Assembly (NCBI RefSeq): GCF_964213995.1
Contig: NW_027590179.1
Span: forward strand, 62,001-126,000
Reading direction: 5' to 3'
DNA from: Mustelus asterias
Taxonomy: Eukaryota
DNA: 64,000 bases
Shown here one piece after another: positions 49,022 to 61,461 of this stretch. Position numbers and translations under genes: made by a program. Below the pieces are notes generated by a model. The model did not search any database and was not told where the DNA came from. It worked only from the letters and a program-made list of their open reading frames with translations. The first letter of the stretch is position 1. Each line of letters begins with the position of its first letter.

Positions 49022-51946
49022 CTAGACCAATCGTTTGTATCCCTCCATTCCCAGGCTGCTCATGTGACTATCCAGGTAAGTCTTAAACGATGTCAGCGTG
49101 CCTGCCTCCACCACCCTACTTGGCAGCGCATTCCAGGCCCCCACCACCCTCTGTGTAAAAAACGTCCCTCTGATGTCTGAGTTATACTTCGCCCCTCTCA
49201 GCTTGAGCCCGTGACCCCTCGTGATCGTCACCTCCGACCTGGGAAAAAGCTTCCCACTGTTCACCCTATCTATACCCTTCATAATCTTGTATACCTCTAT
49301 TAGATCTCCCCTCATTCTCCGTCTTTCCAAGGAGAACAACCCCAGTCTACCCAATCTCTCCTCATAGCTAAGACCCTCCATACCAGGCAACATCCTGGTA
49401 AACCTTCTCTGCACTCTCTCCAATGCCTCCACGTCCTTCTGGTAGTGCGGCGACCAGAACTGGACGCAGTACTCCAAATGCGGCCTAACCAGCGTTCTAT
49501 ACAGCTGCATCATCAGACTCCAGCTTTTATACTCTATACCCCGTCCTATAAAGGCAAGCATACCATATGCCTTCTTCACCACCTTCTCCACCTGTGTTGC
49601 CACCTTCAAGGATTTGTGGACTTGCACACCTAGGTCCCTCTGTGTTTCTATACTCCTGATGACTCTGCCATTTATTGCATAACTCCTCCCTACATTATTT
49701 CTTCCAAAATGCATCACTTCGCATTTATCCGGATTAAATTCCATCTGCCACCTCTCCGCCCAATTTTCCAGCCTATCTATATCCTGCTGTATTGTCCGAC
49801 AATGCTCTTCGCTATCCGCAATTCCAGCCATCTTTGTGTCATCCGCAAACTTGCTGATTACACCAGTTACACCTTCTTCCAAATCATTTATATATATCAC
49901 AAATAGCAGAGGTCCCATTACAGAGCCCTGCGGAACACCACTGGTCACAGACCTCCAGCCGGAAAAAGACCCTTCGACCACTACCCTCTGTCTCCTATGG
50001 CCAAGCCAGTTCTCCACCCATCGAGCCACTTCTCCTTGTATCCCATGAGCCTTAACCTTCTTAACCAACCTGCCATGTGGGACTTTGTCAAATGCCTTAC
50101 TGAAATCCATATAGACGACATCCACGGCCCTTCCTTCGTCAACCATTTTGGTCACTTCTTCAAAAAACACCACCAGGTTAGTGAGGCACGACCTCCCTCT
50201 TACAAAACCATGCTGTCTGTCACTAATGAGATTGTTCCGTTCTAAATGCGCATACATCCTGTCTCTAAGAATCCTCTCCAACAACTTCCCTACCACGGAC
50301 GTCAAGCTCACCGGCCTATAATTTCCTGGGTTATCCCTGCTACCCTTCTTAAACAACGGGACCACATTCGCTATCCTCCAATCCTCAGGGACCTCACCCG
50401 TGTCCAAAGAAGCGACAAAGATTTCCGTCAGAGGCCCAGCAATTTCCTCTCTCGTCTCCCTGAGCAGTCGAGGATAGATGCCATCAGGCCCTGGGGCTTT
50501 GTCAGTTTTAATGTTCCCTAAAAAACCTAACACTTCCTCTCTCGTAATGGAGATTTTCTCTAACGGGTCAACACCTCCCTCCGAGACACTCCCGGTTAAC
50601 ACGCCCCTCTCCTTCGTGAATACCGATGCAAAGTATTCATTTAGGATCTCCCCTATTCCCTTGGGTTCTAAGCATAATTCCCCTCCTTTGTCCCTGAGAG
50701 GTCCGATTTTCTCCCTGACAACTCTTTTGTTCCTAACGTATGAATAGAATGCCTTAGGATTCTCCTTAATCCTGCCTGCCAAGAACATCTCGTGCCCTCT
50801 TTTTGCCCTTCTAACTCCCCGTTTGAGATCTTTCCTACTCTCTCTGTATTCCTCCAGAGCTCCATCTGTTTTCAGTTGCCTGGACTTAACGTACGCCTCC
50901 CTTTTCATTTTAATCAGATCCTCAATTTCCCTGGTTATCCACGGCTCTCGAATCCTACCTTTCCTATCTTTCCTTTTTACAGGCACATGCCTATCCTGCA
51001 GCCTTATCAATAGTTCCTTAAAAGACTCCCACATGCCAGACGCGGACTTACCCTCGAACATCCCCCCCCAATCAACATCCACCAATTCCTGCCTAATCCG
51101 GCTATAGTCAGCCTTCCCCCAATTTAGCACCCTGCCCGTAGGACAGCACTCATCCTTGTCCATTACTATCCTAAAGTTAACAGAGTTGTGGTCACTATTT
51201 GCCACATGTTCCCCTACCGAAACTTTGACGACCTGACCGGGCTCATTTCCCAGAACTAGGTCCAGTATAGCCCCCTCTCTAGTCGGGCTATCTACATACT
51301 GTTCCAAAGAACCTTCCAGTACGCATTTTACAAATTCCTCCCCGTCCGGTCCCCCAGCTCTAAGCACTTTCCAGTCTGTGCCAGGGAAATTAAAGTCCCC
51401 CACTACAACAACCCTATTTTTTCTGCACCTATCCAGAATCTCCTGACATATCCTTTCCTCCACTTCCCGTGGGCTGTTGGGTGGTCTGTAGTACACCCCC
51501 AGCATAGTGACTGCACCCTTCCTGTTTCTGAGTTCCACCCACAGCGACTCAGTACATGACCCCTCTAAGTTGTCTCCCCTCTGCACCGCGGTAATATGCT
51601 CCTTAACTAATATCGCTACTCCCCCACCTTTTTTAGCCCCTCCTCTGTCTCGCCTAAAACACTGATACCCCGGAATATTCAGCTGCCAGTCCTGTCCTTC
51701 TTTTAACCAAGTTTCCGTCACCGCAACCACATCCAAATTCCGCACAAGCATTAAGGCCCTAAGTTCGTCTGTTTTACCCGTTACACTCCTCGCATTGAAG
51801 CAGATGCACTCCAGACCTCCAGGCCCAGTCAGGTCCTCCTCCTCCAGAGTGCTCCTCTTCTTAGCTAGCCTTGCCCTGGCCCCCAGCTCGACCCCAGCCT
51901 CAGTATTTACTGACCTCCTGTTTTGTTCCCCACCCCCCTGCCACAC
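49022..51946 (-). CDS. CR1 ORF2p: APE endonuclease plus reverse transcriptase; no ATG before the endonuclease domain
   Basis: FNARS, VTETW, GDFN, SDHN, GVPQGS, FADD motifs; 974 codons open. Confidence 0.93.
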   Translation of the reverse strand: MWQGGGEQNRRSVNTEAGVELGARARLAKKRSTLEEEDLTGPGGLECICFNARSVTGKTDELRALMLVRNLDVVAVTETWLKEGQDWQLNIPGYQCFRRDRGGAKKGGGVAILVKEHITAVQRGDNLEGSCTESLWVELRNRKGAVTMLGVYYRPPNSPREVEERICQEILDRCRKNRVVVVGDFNFPGTDWKVLRAGGPDGEEFVKCVLEGSLEQYVDSPTREGAILDLVLGNEPGQVVKVSVGEHVANSDHNSVNFRIVMDKDECCPTGRVLNWGKADYSRIRQELVDVDWGGMFEGKSASGMWESFKELLIRLQDRHVPVKRKDRKGRIREPWITREIEDLIKMKREAYVKSRQLKTDGALEEYRESRKDLKRGVRRAKRGHEMFLAGRIKENPKAFYSYVRNKRVVREKIGPLRDKGGELCLEPKGIGEILNEYFASVFTKERGVLTGSVSEGGVDPLEKISITREEVLGFLGNIKTDKAPGPDGIYPRLLRETREEIAGPLTEIFVASLDTGEVPEDWRIANVVPLFKKGSRDNPGNYRPVSLTSVVGKLLERILRDRMYAHLERNNLISDRQHGFVRGRSCLTNLVVFFEEVTKMVDEGRAVDVVYMDFSKAFDKVPHGRLVKKVKAHGIQGEVARWVENWLGHRRQRVVVEGSFSGWRSVTSGVPQGSVMGPLLFVIYINDLEEGVTGVISKFADDTKMAGIADSEEHCRTIQQDIDRLENWAERWQMEFNPDKCEVMHFGRNNVGRSYAINGRVIRSIETQRDLGVQVHKSLKVATQVEKVVKKAYGMLAFIGRGIEYKSWSLMMQLYRTLVRPHLEYCVQFWSPHYQKDVEALERVQRRFTRMLPGMEGLSYEERLGRLGLFSLERRRMRGDLIEVYKIMKGIDRVNSGKLFPRSEVTITRGHGLKLRGAKYNSDIRGTFFTQRVVGAWNALPSRVVEAGTLTSFKTYLDSHMSSLGMEGYKRLV

Positions 51947-52968
51947 TAGTTTAAATCCTGCCGAAACACTCGAGCAAAACTCCCAGCCAGGATATTTGCT
52001 CCCTTCCAGTTAAGGTGTAACCCATCCTTTCTGTACAGTTGCCATCCTGACTTGAAGATTTCCCAGTTATCTATGAATTTAAAACCCTCCCTCTTGCACC
52101 AGTCCTTTAGCCACGCGTTCAACTGTAGAATCTCCCTGTTCCGAGCCTCACTTGCACTAGGCACCGGGAGCAGTCCAGAGATTGCTACACTGGAGGTCTT
52201 ACTTTTTAGCCTAGCACCCAACTCCCTGAATTTCTCTCGTATGACCCCCCTGCTCTTCCTACCTACATCATTTCCCCCAATGTGTACAATCACATCCGTT
52301 TGACTACCTTCCTTTTTAAATATGCTTCCTACCCTCTCGGTGACATCCAGTACCCCGGCACCAGGGAGGCAGACTACCATCCTGGATTCTCGTTCAGTCC
52401 CACAGAAGCGCCTGTCCGTGCCTCTAACTATTGCGTCCCCCACAACTATCGCTCTCCTAAACCCCTTCTTTCCCTTCCGGACCCCTGAGCCTGTCTCCGT
52501 GGAGGCGATCTGGTCCTCGTGGCTTACCCCTGGAGGGTCATCCCCCTCCACAGAATCCAAAACAATATACCTATTGTGGAGGGGGACAACCACAGGGGAT
52601 CCCTCCACAGACTGCTCACTCCCTTCCCTTCTCCCATCTGTTGCCCATCCCTTTCTCTTATGGGAGACTGCCACTGGGGTGCTTTCTGGCACATCACCCT
52701 TCTGACTATTACCCCTCCTAACCGTGACCCACGTGTCTTCCTTCCGAGACCCTGGTGTCACTACCTGACTATAACTTTTATCTATGACTCTCTCATTTTC
52801 CCTAACTAAACTGAGTTCATCGAGCCTCAGCTCCCTTACACGATCCTTCAGGAGATGCAGTTCCACACATCTGGCACAGATATGGACTTCCGGGAGGCAA
52901 GTTGTCTCCAGGAACTCCCACATCCCACACCGAATGCAGTATACTGGCCTCCCACTCATACCAGCCAT
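51946..52968 (-). CDS. CR1 ORF1p: CxxC..CxxC zinc finger, coiled coil, SGNH/GDSL esterase domain
   Basis: CIRC..CARC; IVVGDAIVRG, VHIGGND, DGLHLN motifs. Confidence 0.88.
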   Translation of the reverse strand: MAGMSGRPVYCIRCGMWEFLETTCLPEVHICARCVELHLLKDRVRELRLDELSLVRENERVIDKSYSQVVTPGSRKEDTWVTVRRGNSQKGDVPESTPVAVSHKRKGWATDGRREGSEQSVEGSPVVVPLHNRYIVLDSVEGDDPPGVSHEDQIASTETGSGVRKGKKGFRRAIVVGDAIVRGTDRRFCGTERESRMVVCLPGAGVLDVTERVGSIFKKEGSQTDVIVHIGGNDVGRKSRGVIREKFRELGARLKSKTSSVAISGLLPVPSASEARNREILQLNAWLKDWCKREGFKFIDNWEIFKSGWQLYRKDGLHLNWKGANILAGSFARVFRQDLN

Positions 52969-53289
52969 GTCCTTTTTAGTTTTGGGGATAAAACAAAAAG
53001 GGGGTGTAACCAAAGAAAAACAAACAAACAACCTTCCTCGCCGAAGCCCTGTGAGCCAAAGCCCTTTTAGCTCTACTCTGTCCCCTGCTCACTCCGCTGC
53101 CCGCTAACGACGCTGCCCGCTCAAAGGTGCGGCCTACTTTTAAACCCTCCAAAACCTTCCCAGGCTGCTGCTGGGCCTATTTCCTGTTTAGAAAAAAAAA
53201 CCTCCGATTTTTTTCACTAATTTAACTGAAAAATAATTAAATAAATTAGTGCACAAACAAGCTCCCTTACCCTCAGCCTGCTCCTGTGG

Positions 53290-53900
53290 AACAATGAGGG
53301 AGTTGTTTACAGGCATCGGTGAATTGGGCTGATTGCAGACAGAATGAGCAGGACAGTGAGAGAGAGCTGTGTCTGCACTGGCGCAGAGACAGGAATCCGA
53401 TTGGAGGGTTGAAACATGGAGTTCCAGGATTTGGGAGGTGACAAGGACGTTCCAGGGGAAAAGACGATTAGAGATTGGGGCGGGAGTTTACAAGGATATT
53501 GGGAGTTAAGGGTTGGTTTCATTGGGGGAGGGTGCTGGTGATGATGGCAGAACTGAAGGACAAAGGAATACCTGAAGGGAGAGAACCATGAACGATATCA
53601 GTGAAAATAGGGAAGTTGGGTGAGGAGCAGTTTAGTGGGAATAAGGTCGAGGGAGGAGGTGGGATTGCTGGAAAGATATACTCTGAGAGGATACAAGGAG
53701 AGATAGGAGAGAATTGAAACAAAGGATCAAATTCAGGGCTACAGCAAAGGGGGGTCATTAGAAAGAGTTTGGCTCGGTGGGCTAGGGGAAGGGAGGGAAG
53801 CAGTTGAGGCAGCTGATTACATTGTCTAAATCTTAATGACAAAGAAGCTCCATGAGCTCCTCACACTGGAGGTGAAGATGGAGGAGACAGAGGAAAGAGA
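53290..53900 (-). mobile_element. Degenerate LINE fragment (L2/CR1-like)
   Basis: Purine-rich plus strand typical of decayed LINE ORF2 in this genome; no intact motif seen. Confidence 0.4.
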
Positions 53901-54059
53901 CCTTCAAAGGATCCAAATTGTGTTTGAGATATTAAAAAAGCTCAACACTCTTCATGTCGAACACAAACTGAATTTATTTTACATAACAATGTATAACTTA
54001 ACATTTATAACTATGCTTTGTTTATTAACAGCAATACTGTGATAACTTTCCACACAAAT

Positions 54060-54760
54060 ATGAACATACAAATTAGGAGCAGGAGTAGGCCACTCGGCCC
54101 CTCTAGCCTGCTCCACCACTCAATAAGACCCTGGTTGATCTGATTGTAACCTCAAATCCACATTCCTTTTACCCCCTGTTAATCAAGAATCTATCCAGCT
54201 CTGCCTTCAAAATATTCAAAGACACTGCTTCCAATGCTTTTTGAGGAAGACCCAGAGACTCGCTGCCCTCTAAGAGAAAACATTTATTTCTCATCTTTGT
54301 GTCAACTGAGCAACATTTTATTTTTCAATAATGTATTCAATAATAAGTATTAGATTCGCTCACATGAGAAATCATCCTCTTTAATTCGATCCTGTCAAAA
54401 TACCTCAGGAACTGAAAAAGATTTCAATCAAATTGCCTCTTACTCTTTTAAGCTCCAGCAGATACAAGCTCAGGCTACTCAGTCTTTCCTCATAAGACAA
54501 TCTCCCATTTCTGGTATAGTCTAGTAGACCTTCTCTGAACTGCTTCTAACACATTTACATTCTTCTTTAAATAAGGAGACAAATACTTTAATCATATTCC
54601 AAATCGCCAGTGTTCTGTAAAGCAGAAGCATAAGCTCTGTTTTGTATTCAATTCCCCTCACAATGAACAATAACATTATGTTAACTTTCCCAATTACTTG
54701 CTGTACACTTCTACTAGCCTTTTGTGACTCATGAACCAGGACACTCAGAATCCTCTGACG
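54060..54760 (-). mobile_element. Degenerate CR1 3' fragment
   Basis: VLVHESQKAS..VQQVIGKVN..RGIEYK; CR1 tail. Confidence 0.75.
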
Positions 54761-54970
54761 GGGAACTGAATTTCTCCTCACAGTCTCCACATTTACACGG
54801 TTTCTCCCTAATGTGACTGTGGATGTGAATGGTGCTGTTTCCTTCCATGTTCAAAATTCTCTGCTGTTAAGGTTACGATAAATTGTGCAGCTCCATCCAA
54901 TCCTGATCTGATATTCTGTGTGAGTATCCTGACCCCAAATCCTCCTTCTAAGCCAATTATATTAACACCT
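54760..54970 (-). pseudogene. 5' fragment of a MEGKS-type ZNF exon truncated by CR1
   Basis: gaacatggaaggaaacagcaccattcac...gagaaaccgtgtaaatgtggagactgt. Confidence 0.6.
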
Positions 54971-55068
54971 ATAACAGAGCTGGAGTTATTTTTCAATTCA
55001 GCAGAAACGGACCCAAATGAACATGGTTCAGTCTGAATATGATTAACTGCAAAATCCAATCACAATAG

Positions 55069-55653
55069 TTACTTGTGAATTTGCTGGTGTTTTCGCAGCC
55101 TGGATGAAGTAATGTATCCCTTCCCACACTGGGAGCAAGTGAATGGCCTCTCCCCAGTGTGAGTTCGCTGGTGATTTAGCAGTGTGCATGAGGTAATAAA
55201 TCCCTTTCCACACACAGAGCAGGTGAATGGCCTCTCCCCAGTATGAATTCGCTGGTGTTTCAGCAGCATGGCTGAGGTAGTGAATCCCTTCCCACACTGG
55301 GAGCAGGTGAATGGCCTCTCCCCAGTGTGAACTCGTTGATGATTTAGCAGCGTGGATGACTGAGTGAATCCCTTCCCACACTGAGAGCAGATGAATGGCC
55401 TTTCCTCAGTATGAATTCGCTCGTGTATCGCTAGGTTGGATGACTGATTGAATTCCTTCCTACACACAGAACATGTGAACGGTCTCTCCCCTGTGTGAAT
55501 TCGCTGGTGTTTCAGCAGATGGGATGAGGTAGTGAATCCCTTCCCACATTGAGAGCAGGTGAACGGTCTCTCCCCTGTGTGAATGCGTCGATGAGTTTCC
55601 AGGTGGGATGGGTAATCAAATCCCTTCCCACAATCCTCACATTTCCAAGCCAT
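55069..55653 (-). CDS. Tandem C2H2 zinc-finger protein (7 fingers); upstream MEGKS start lost (ATA) and frameshifted
   Basis: MAWKCEDC...HQQIHK*. Confidence 0.65.
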   Translation of the reverse strand: MAWKCEDCGKGFDYPSHLETHRRIHTGERPFTCSQCGKGFTTSSHLLKHQRIHTGERPFTCSVCRKEFNQSSNLAIHERIHTEERPFICSQCGKGFTQSSTLLNHQRVHTGERPFTCSQCGKGFTTSAMLLKHQRIHTGERPFTCSVCGKGFITSCTLLNHQRTHTGERPFTCSQCGKGYITSSRLRKHQQIHK

Positions 55654-57554
55654 CTCCCTGTTGCGATTGCAATTATGTTCCGAAAGGCCAGATGATTGGG
55701 TGAAGTCTTGTCCACACACACAGAACACGTGTACAGTTTCTCTCCACTGTGAATGGTGCTTTTTCCTTCTATATTCAAAATACAATGATATTCAGGTTAC
55801 AATAAATTGGTCGACTCAATCAGGTCTGAGATCACATTTGATTTCTGTTTACCAACTGCAAATCCCCCTCTCCTAAAATGCTGTGAAATTGATTTAGAAC
55901 AGAAAAAAACTCATTTTCTTCTCATGCAACTGGCAAACATTATTTTATCTATGGAAAGAGACATAAAGTTAAAAGGCAAAAGCGATCGAAGGATATGGGG
56001 GTTTGGGCTATTATCATAATGAACAGAAGAGCAGGCTTGAAGGGCCAAATGGCCTACTCCTGATCCTATTTTCTATGTTTCGATGGAACTCAATGTCTAT
56101 GAGGATGGTGGAACAGGAGACAAATGGTTTCAAAATGAGATTGGATTGGCACACAAAGGAAATGAACATGCTGCACTAATGGAGATATAGAGGGGAATGG
56201 GGCTGAGTGATCGCTTTGCAGAAAGTTGACATGGACTCAAGTTCCTTCTGAAGTGTGGAGTCTATGACTGGAAATGTATAACATCGCTGCAGTACCAGAT
56301 TACAAGAATGGAAATAATAAATACATTATTTTACTGAAATATAAATATTAGACCTAATACGTACTATAAAACAACACTGGATATATCTCTTCTTGTGGCG
56401 TCCCAAGCCAACTGATAACTCTAAAATAAACACATTTCCAGACAATTCCAAGGATAAAATGAGTGAGGTTTCACTTTTTAAAATGTTTCATTGTAAAAGT
56501 CAAAATAAAAGCAACATAAATGAATCAGGCATTGACAGACAAATAGCATTTGAATAGATGGGATACTTTTTACTTCAATAAAACCAGTCTCCACAAAATC
56601 ACCAGCAATTCCTCCCTTAGAATTCATGGCAGTAATTTAATTTACTACAACTCTCTGTATTTCCCAGAGAGAAAAAACACAGGAGAATGGCACTCAGTCA
56701 AAATGCTCATTTGAAGAGTCGGGTACAGATATAATGTTCTAAATGGCCCGTATATATTTATACATTTGCATATTTAATGGATAATAAATGTGTGTAATAT
56801 ACAGCTCTCTGTTATGTGATTGGCGAGATAGGGATCAGTGAGGAAGAACTTTGTTTAGGCCCTGGAACTTGCTGCTGATGAGAGTGGTGCAACAAGAGAT
56901 GATCAGTGATTTCAAAATGAAATTTGATGAACACTTGAAGGAAATAAACTTTCAGGGAAATGGGGATATCGAGGAGGTATGGAATTGACTGACTTTCTCT
57001 ACAGAGGGTTGGTATTGACTTGAGTTGCCAAATAGATTCATTTTGTGCCACAATGACTCTGTGGCTGGAAATATAAAACAGCAACGCTGCTATATATTTC
57101 AAGACAAAAAATAATTATAATGAACTTCAGAGAATCATAAATGATTTTGTGTGTGCCATATGACCATACTATCTCTGTCCTCAGTTGATTTACTCTTCCT
57201 TTAAACGTCATCCATCTCTTGGGAAAACGTTATAATTGTGAACATTAGATAGGAGGCCATCCTATTAACCAGACAAATAAATGTGTCAAACTGAGAGCTA
57301 AAGGATGTCTTTGAGAGAAAAAGGAAAACTTCCCCCTCTGGCCAACATCTGTGAGTAAAACACTTTCTTTCTCCCCCTGGGAAATACAGAGAGTTGTGGG
57401 ACTCTGTAACTGGAATTAGAGCCAAATATACTGAGGGGGAAATGTTTGTGATTTTGTGGAATCTGTTTTTATTGTTTGAGCTATTTAATGACAAAGTTAT
57501 CATGCGCATTCAAATACAATTTGAATGTCATTGCATGATTCAGCAATGTTCAAA

Positions 57555-57856
57555 GAATCCCTAAAGTACAGGAGGTCATTTGGCCCATCGAGCCTGCACT
57601 GACATCAATCCCACCCAGGCCCTAATCCTTCAACTCCACGTACTACCCTGCTAATCCTCCTGATACTAAGGGCAATTTAGCATGGCCAATCCACCTAACC
57701 CTCAGATCTTTGGAGTGTGGGAGGAAACCAGAACACCCTGAGGAAACCCACACAGACACAGGGAGAATGTGCAAACTCTACACAAGGCCAAATTTGTACC
57801 CGGGTCCCTGGTGCTGTGAGGCAGCAGTGCTAAACACTGTGCCACTATGTTGCCCG
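57555..57856 (-). mobile_element. HE1-type V-SINE
   Basis: Head, V-domain, tail. Confidence 0.8.
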
Positions 57857-58419
57857 TTTGATAATTTTAATTAGATTGTTACAGAAAAAGTTTTTAAAAT
57901 GTGAAATGTTGTCCTTCGGTTTATTCCATTGAGTTTCTCTGGGAATTTATTTGCTTTAAGGTAATTGGTCTCCACAAAGATCATACCAACAGGGATACAT
58001 CTAGTGTTATCCTTTGGTACATTAGTATAATATTTCTGTCATTTGTTCTTATTTCTGGTCTGGTACTTTGGAACTATAGCTATATTCTATATTTCCAGCA
58101 TTAGATCCATGATGGCAGATGAGTCAATTAGTCAACTGGAATCCATGCTAACTCATTATAGGACAATCCAGTTAATCCCATTCCCACTATGTATCTCCGT
58201 AGCCCTGCAAATTTATTTCCTTCAAGTTCCATCCAATCTTGTTTTGAAATAATTAATTATCTCTGCTTCCACCACCCTCATTGGCAGCCAGTGCCAGGTC
58301 GAGATCGCTCACTGCCTGAGGAGTGGTCTTCCTCATAACCCTGTATCTGGAAATTACACTGACATTTAGTCCAATAAATATATATACATGTGAGCAGCTG
58401 GCATGAAGATGGTGTGTGT

Positions 58420-58820
58420 GTCCTGGACAGGAAGCAGTGAGCAGGGATCTGTTGATCAACATGAATGAGCACCTTCAGGAGAATTGGGAGGATATATATT
58501 AGAAATAGCAGAATGAGAAAGGAGAGAGTGTGTGGGATGGAGATTTACAACTTTGGGAGAAGGAGCGAGGAAAGAATATTCCATAGAAACTAGAATTGTC
58601 TGTTTTGAACTTCTATCCTGCACTGATAGTGATGCTTTTTGTCAAGCCTTTTAAAGTATATCAGAAAAGGGAGGATTTACAGAGTGAAATCCCAACAAAC
58701 ATCACATCCAAGATCTGATAGTCACTCAATTATTGGTACCTCAATTTCGTCTGCATCTGAAACTTCTTCAAATAGTTTAAACATCAGTGTGACTGGAGAG
58801 AACACACGCGCGCACGCACA
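58420..58820 (+). pseudogene. ZNF 5' exon remnants without finger array
   Basis: Degraded uORF exon (ATG>AGG, donor lost) and start of last exon; ends at a CA repeat. Confidence 0.6.
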
Positions 58821-59742
58821 CACACTTTCTATGTCATCCTTGATGAAGACCGACACACATTTGTTTAATAATAAATAAGAACAGGAAATGCTGGAGAAAT
58901 TCAGCAGGTCTGGCAGCATGTGTGGAGAGAGGAGTACGGTTAATATTTTGAGGCCATACGACCTTCTACAGAACTGTTTCTTTTCTCAGCCATTTCCTCA
59001 TTCGCCATTATCAATTCTGTGGTAACAAACACACATTTTTTCTTTCTTTTTCATGCATCATGTTTTTACAGTCAGTTTTTATGCTTTTTACCAGTTCTTT
59101 CTCATTGTTTTCTTTTTCTTTATCAGTTCCTTTGTGCCAAATTCTAAAAAGATCCAAATCCTCTGGCTTAATACTTTTCTGATCACTTTGTGAGCCTCTT
59201 CCTTTGATTAATGCAAATATTTACTTCTCTCGATAACCACAGTTGCAATCACTATTCCTGCAGGACTTTTGTCTTTAAAGGAATGCACACTTGTTATAAA
59301 TCATGTATTAATTCCTGAAATGTTAGGTATTGCCTATCTTCTATCATATCTTTTAATGTAGCTTCCCATCTACCTAAGCTAACTTTCCCCTCAAATCTTT
59401 GAACTTTCCTTCTATGAGGAACACTCAAAAGAACCTATTAAACACCACAGCCCATCTCCATGGCAACATGGCATGCTTTGGGGTGTTCCAAATAGAAATG
59501 CAAAGTAAATATCTTTGACCTCCCAAACATCCTTTCATTCTATGATTCAGATGAAATATCAAACTAGAATTTTGCAACAAGGCTCTAAGAGTATCAAACC
59601 ATTGGAAGCAAAGTTCCGAGACCAGCCAGTCCACCAGAAAGAAACATTCTGACACTCCCACTTTGCCACCTGTCAGAATGAACATGGCTGAGTCCCAGAA
59701 GTGATTAATAGCAGGAACAATGGCAGAATCCATTCTCTGTAA

Positions 59743-60284
59743 TCACTTGTGAACTCGCTGGTGTGTCTGCAGATGGGATAACTGAATGAATCCCTTTCCA
59801 CACAAGGAGCAGATGAATGGCCTCTCCCCAGTGTGAACCCGTTGATGTGTCAGCAAGTTAGATGATTGAGTGAATCCCTTCCCACACTCAGTGCAGGTGA
59901 ACGGCCTCTCCCCAGTGTGAACTCGCTGGTGCATCTGCAGGGTGAACGATTCAATGAATCCCTTCCCACATTCAGAGCAGGTGAATGGCCTCTCTCCACT
60001 GTGAACTCGCTGGTCTGCCAGCAGATGGGACAACGGAATGAATCTCCTGCCACACTCAGAGCAGTTGAATGGTCTCTCCCCAGCGTTAACACGCTGATGT
60101 GTCTGCAGGCTGCATAAGCGACTGAATCCCTTTCCACACTCAAAGCAGGCGAATGGCCTCTCTCCAGTGTGAAGTCGCTGGTGTGTCAACAGATTCCATG
60201 AGTGAGTGAATCCCTTCCCACACACAAAGCAGGTGAACAGCTTCTCTCCACTGTGAACTCGCTGGTGCAACCGCAGGTTGTTTA
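59743..60284 (-). pseudogene. 5'-truncated ZNF array (about 6 fingers) joined to an opposite-strand LINE 3' remnant (60285-60550)
   Basis: [13 protein letters not shown]...HQRVHK*; upstream sequence is a retroelement tail. Confidence 0.7.
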
Positions 60285-61461
60285 AATGCAAAGCAGCCAG
60301 CATAATCAAGGACCCCACACACCCTGGACCTAAGGTCATGCACCAACTGACTCAAAAACAGCTTCTTCCCTACTGCCATCTGACTCTTGAATGGACTTAC
60401 CTTGCATTAAGGTCATTCTCCGCACCCTAGCTATGACTGTAACATTACATTCTGCACTCCTTTCCTACGTATGGTATGCTTTGCCTGTATAGTGCGCAAG
60501 AAACAATACTTTTCACTTTATAGTAACACACGTGACAAGAATAAATAAAAAATCAACAGTCTCCAGACTCTCCACTCTTCATCCACAGTTTCAGCCACTC
60601 TCCCCTTGTGTTCACCTGCATTTTTCCAGACTCTGCGTTTCATCATGTTTTCCAGATATCTCCCCCACCCCAGATTGTTCACCTGCAGTTTCCAGGCTCC
60701 CCAGGCATGTGCTCACTTACAGTTTCCTGCCACCCCACCCCACCCACATTCACCCAGTGTTTAGGCCCCCTTCTGAACCTGTGTTCACCCACAGTTTCCA
60801 GCTCCCCACGCCGGCTTACCCACAGTTAGCAGGCCCCACACAATGCTCAATTTGTCAGCAACAGCACCACACTATGCATGCTCAGAGCACAGGCCGATTC
60901 CATACCTGTGCACTGGGTACCTAGAATCATGCATAGGGACTTTATGGGGTGCTCTGGGTAACTAATGCAGCATTGACAGAGTGAATTTCAGATAGATCAT
61001 TAATGTTTTAGCATTCCAATTGAGATCAGGAAGAGAGCAGACAGAGACTCAATATGAAAAATCATCACGATCTGTTCAGGATAGAATTCAGATGAGAGAC
61101 ATTTCTCTTGGTTTGAGTTTTGCAGATAGAAATTAATTCCTTTCCTCTGCTGGCAGGGAGCACTGCGCATGCGCACTGTTGCAACCTCATGCGATCAAGA
61201 GGCAGCCTTGACCCCAGGTCTGTCATCAAAAAACTCGCAGCTTCTCTTCCTGAAAACACGGAACCGATAGCTTCTTATTCGGATCGTGAATCCTCCAGAA
61301 GGTGTTAATGGAACCTCCCAGTCCACTCACCGGCTCTGTTCCTCTCCTGTCCGGGCCTCATGTCTCCCTGCGGATTCCACACCACTGTCTGCATCCGCAC
61401 TGCGCATGCTCCAGTCACAGCCCCGCACAGAGCCTGCGCAGCGGGCTCCGGCAGAGGTTAG

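Larger units (their letters stand above)
48938..53290 (-). mobile_element. Full-length CR1-clade LINE with two intact ORFs (5' end approximate)
   Basis: ORF1 and ORF2 open; (TTCTTTG)n tail at ~48938-48962. Confidence 0.93.
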
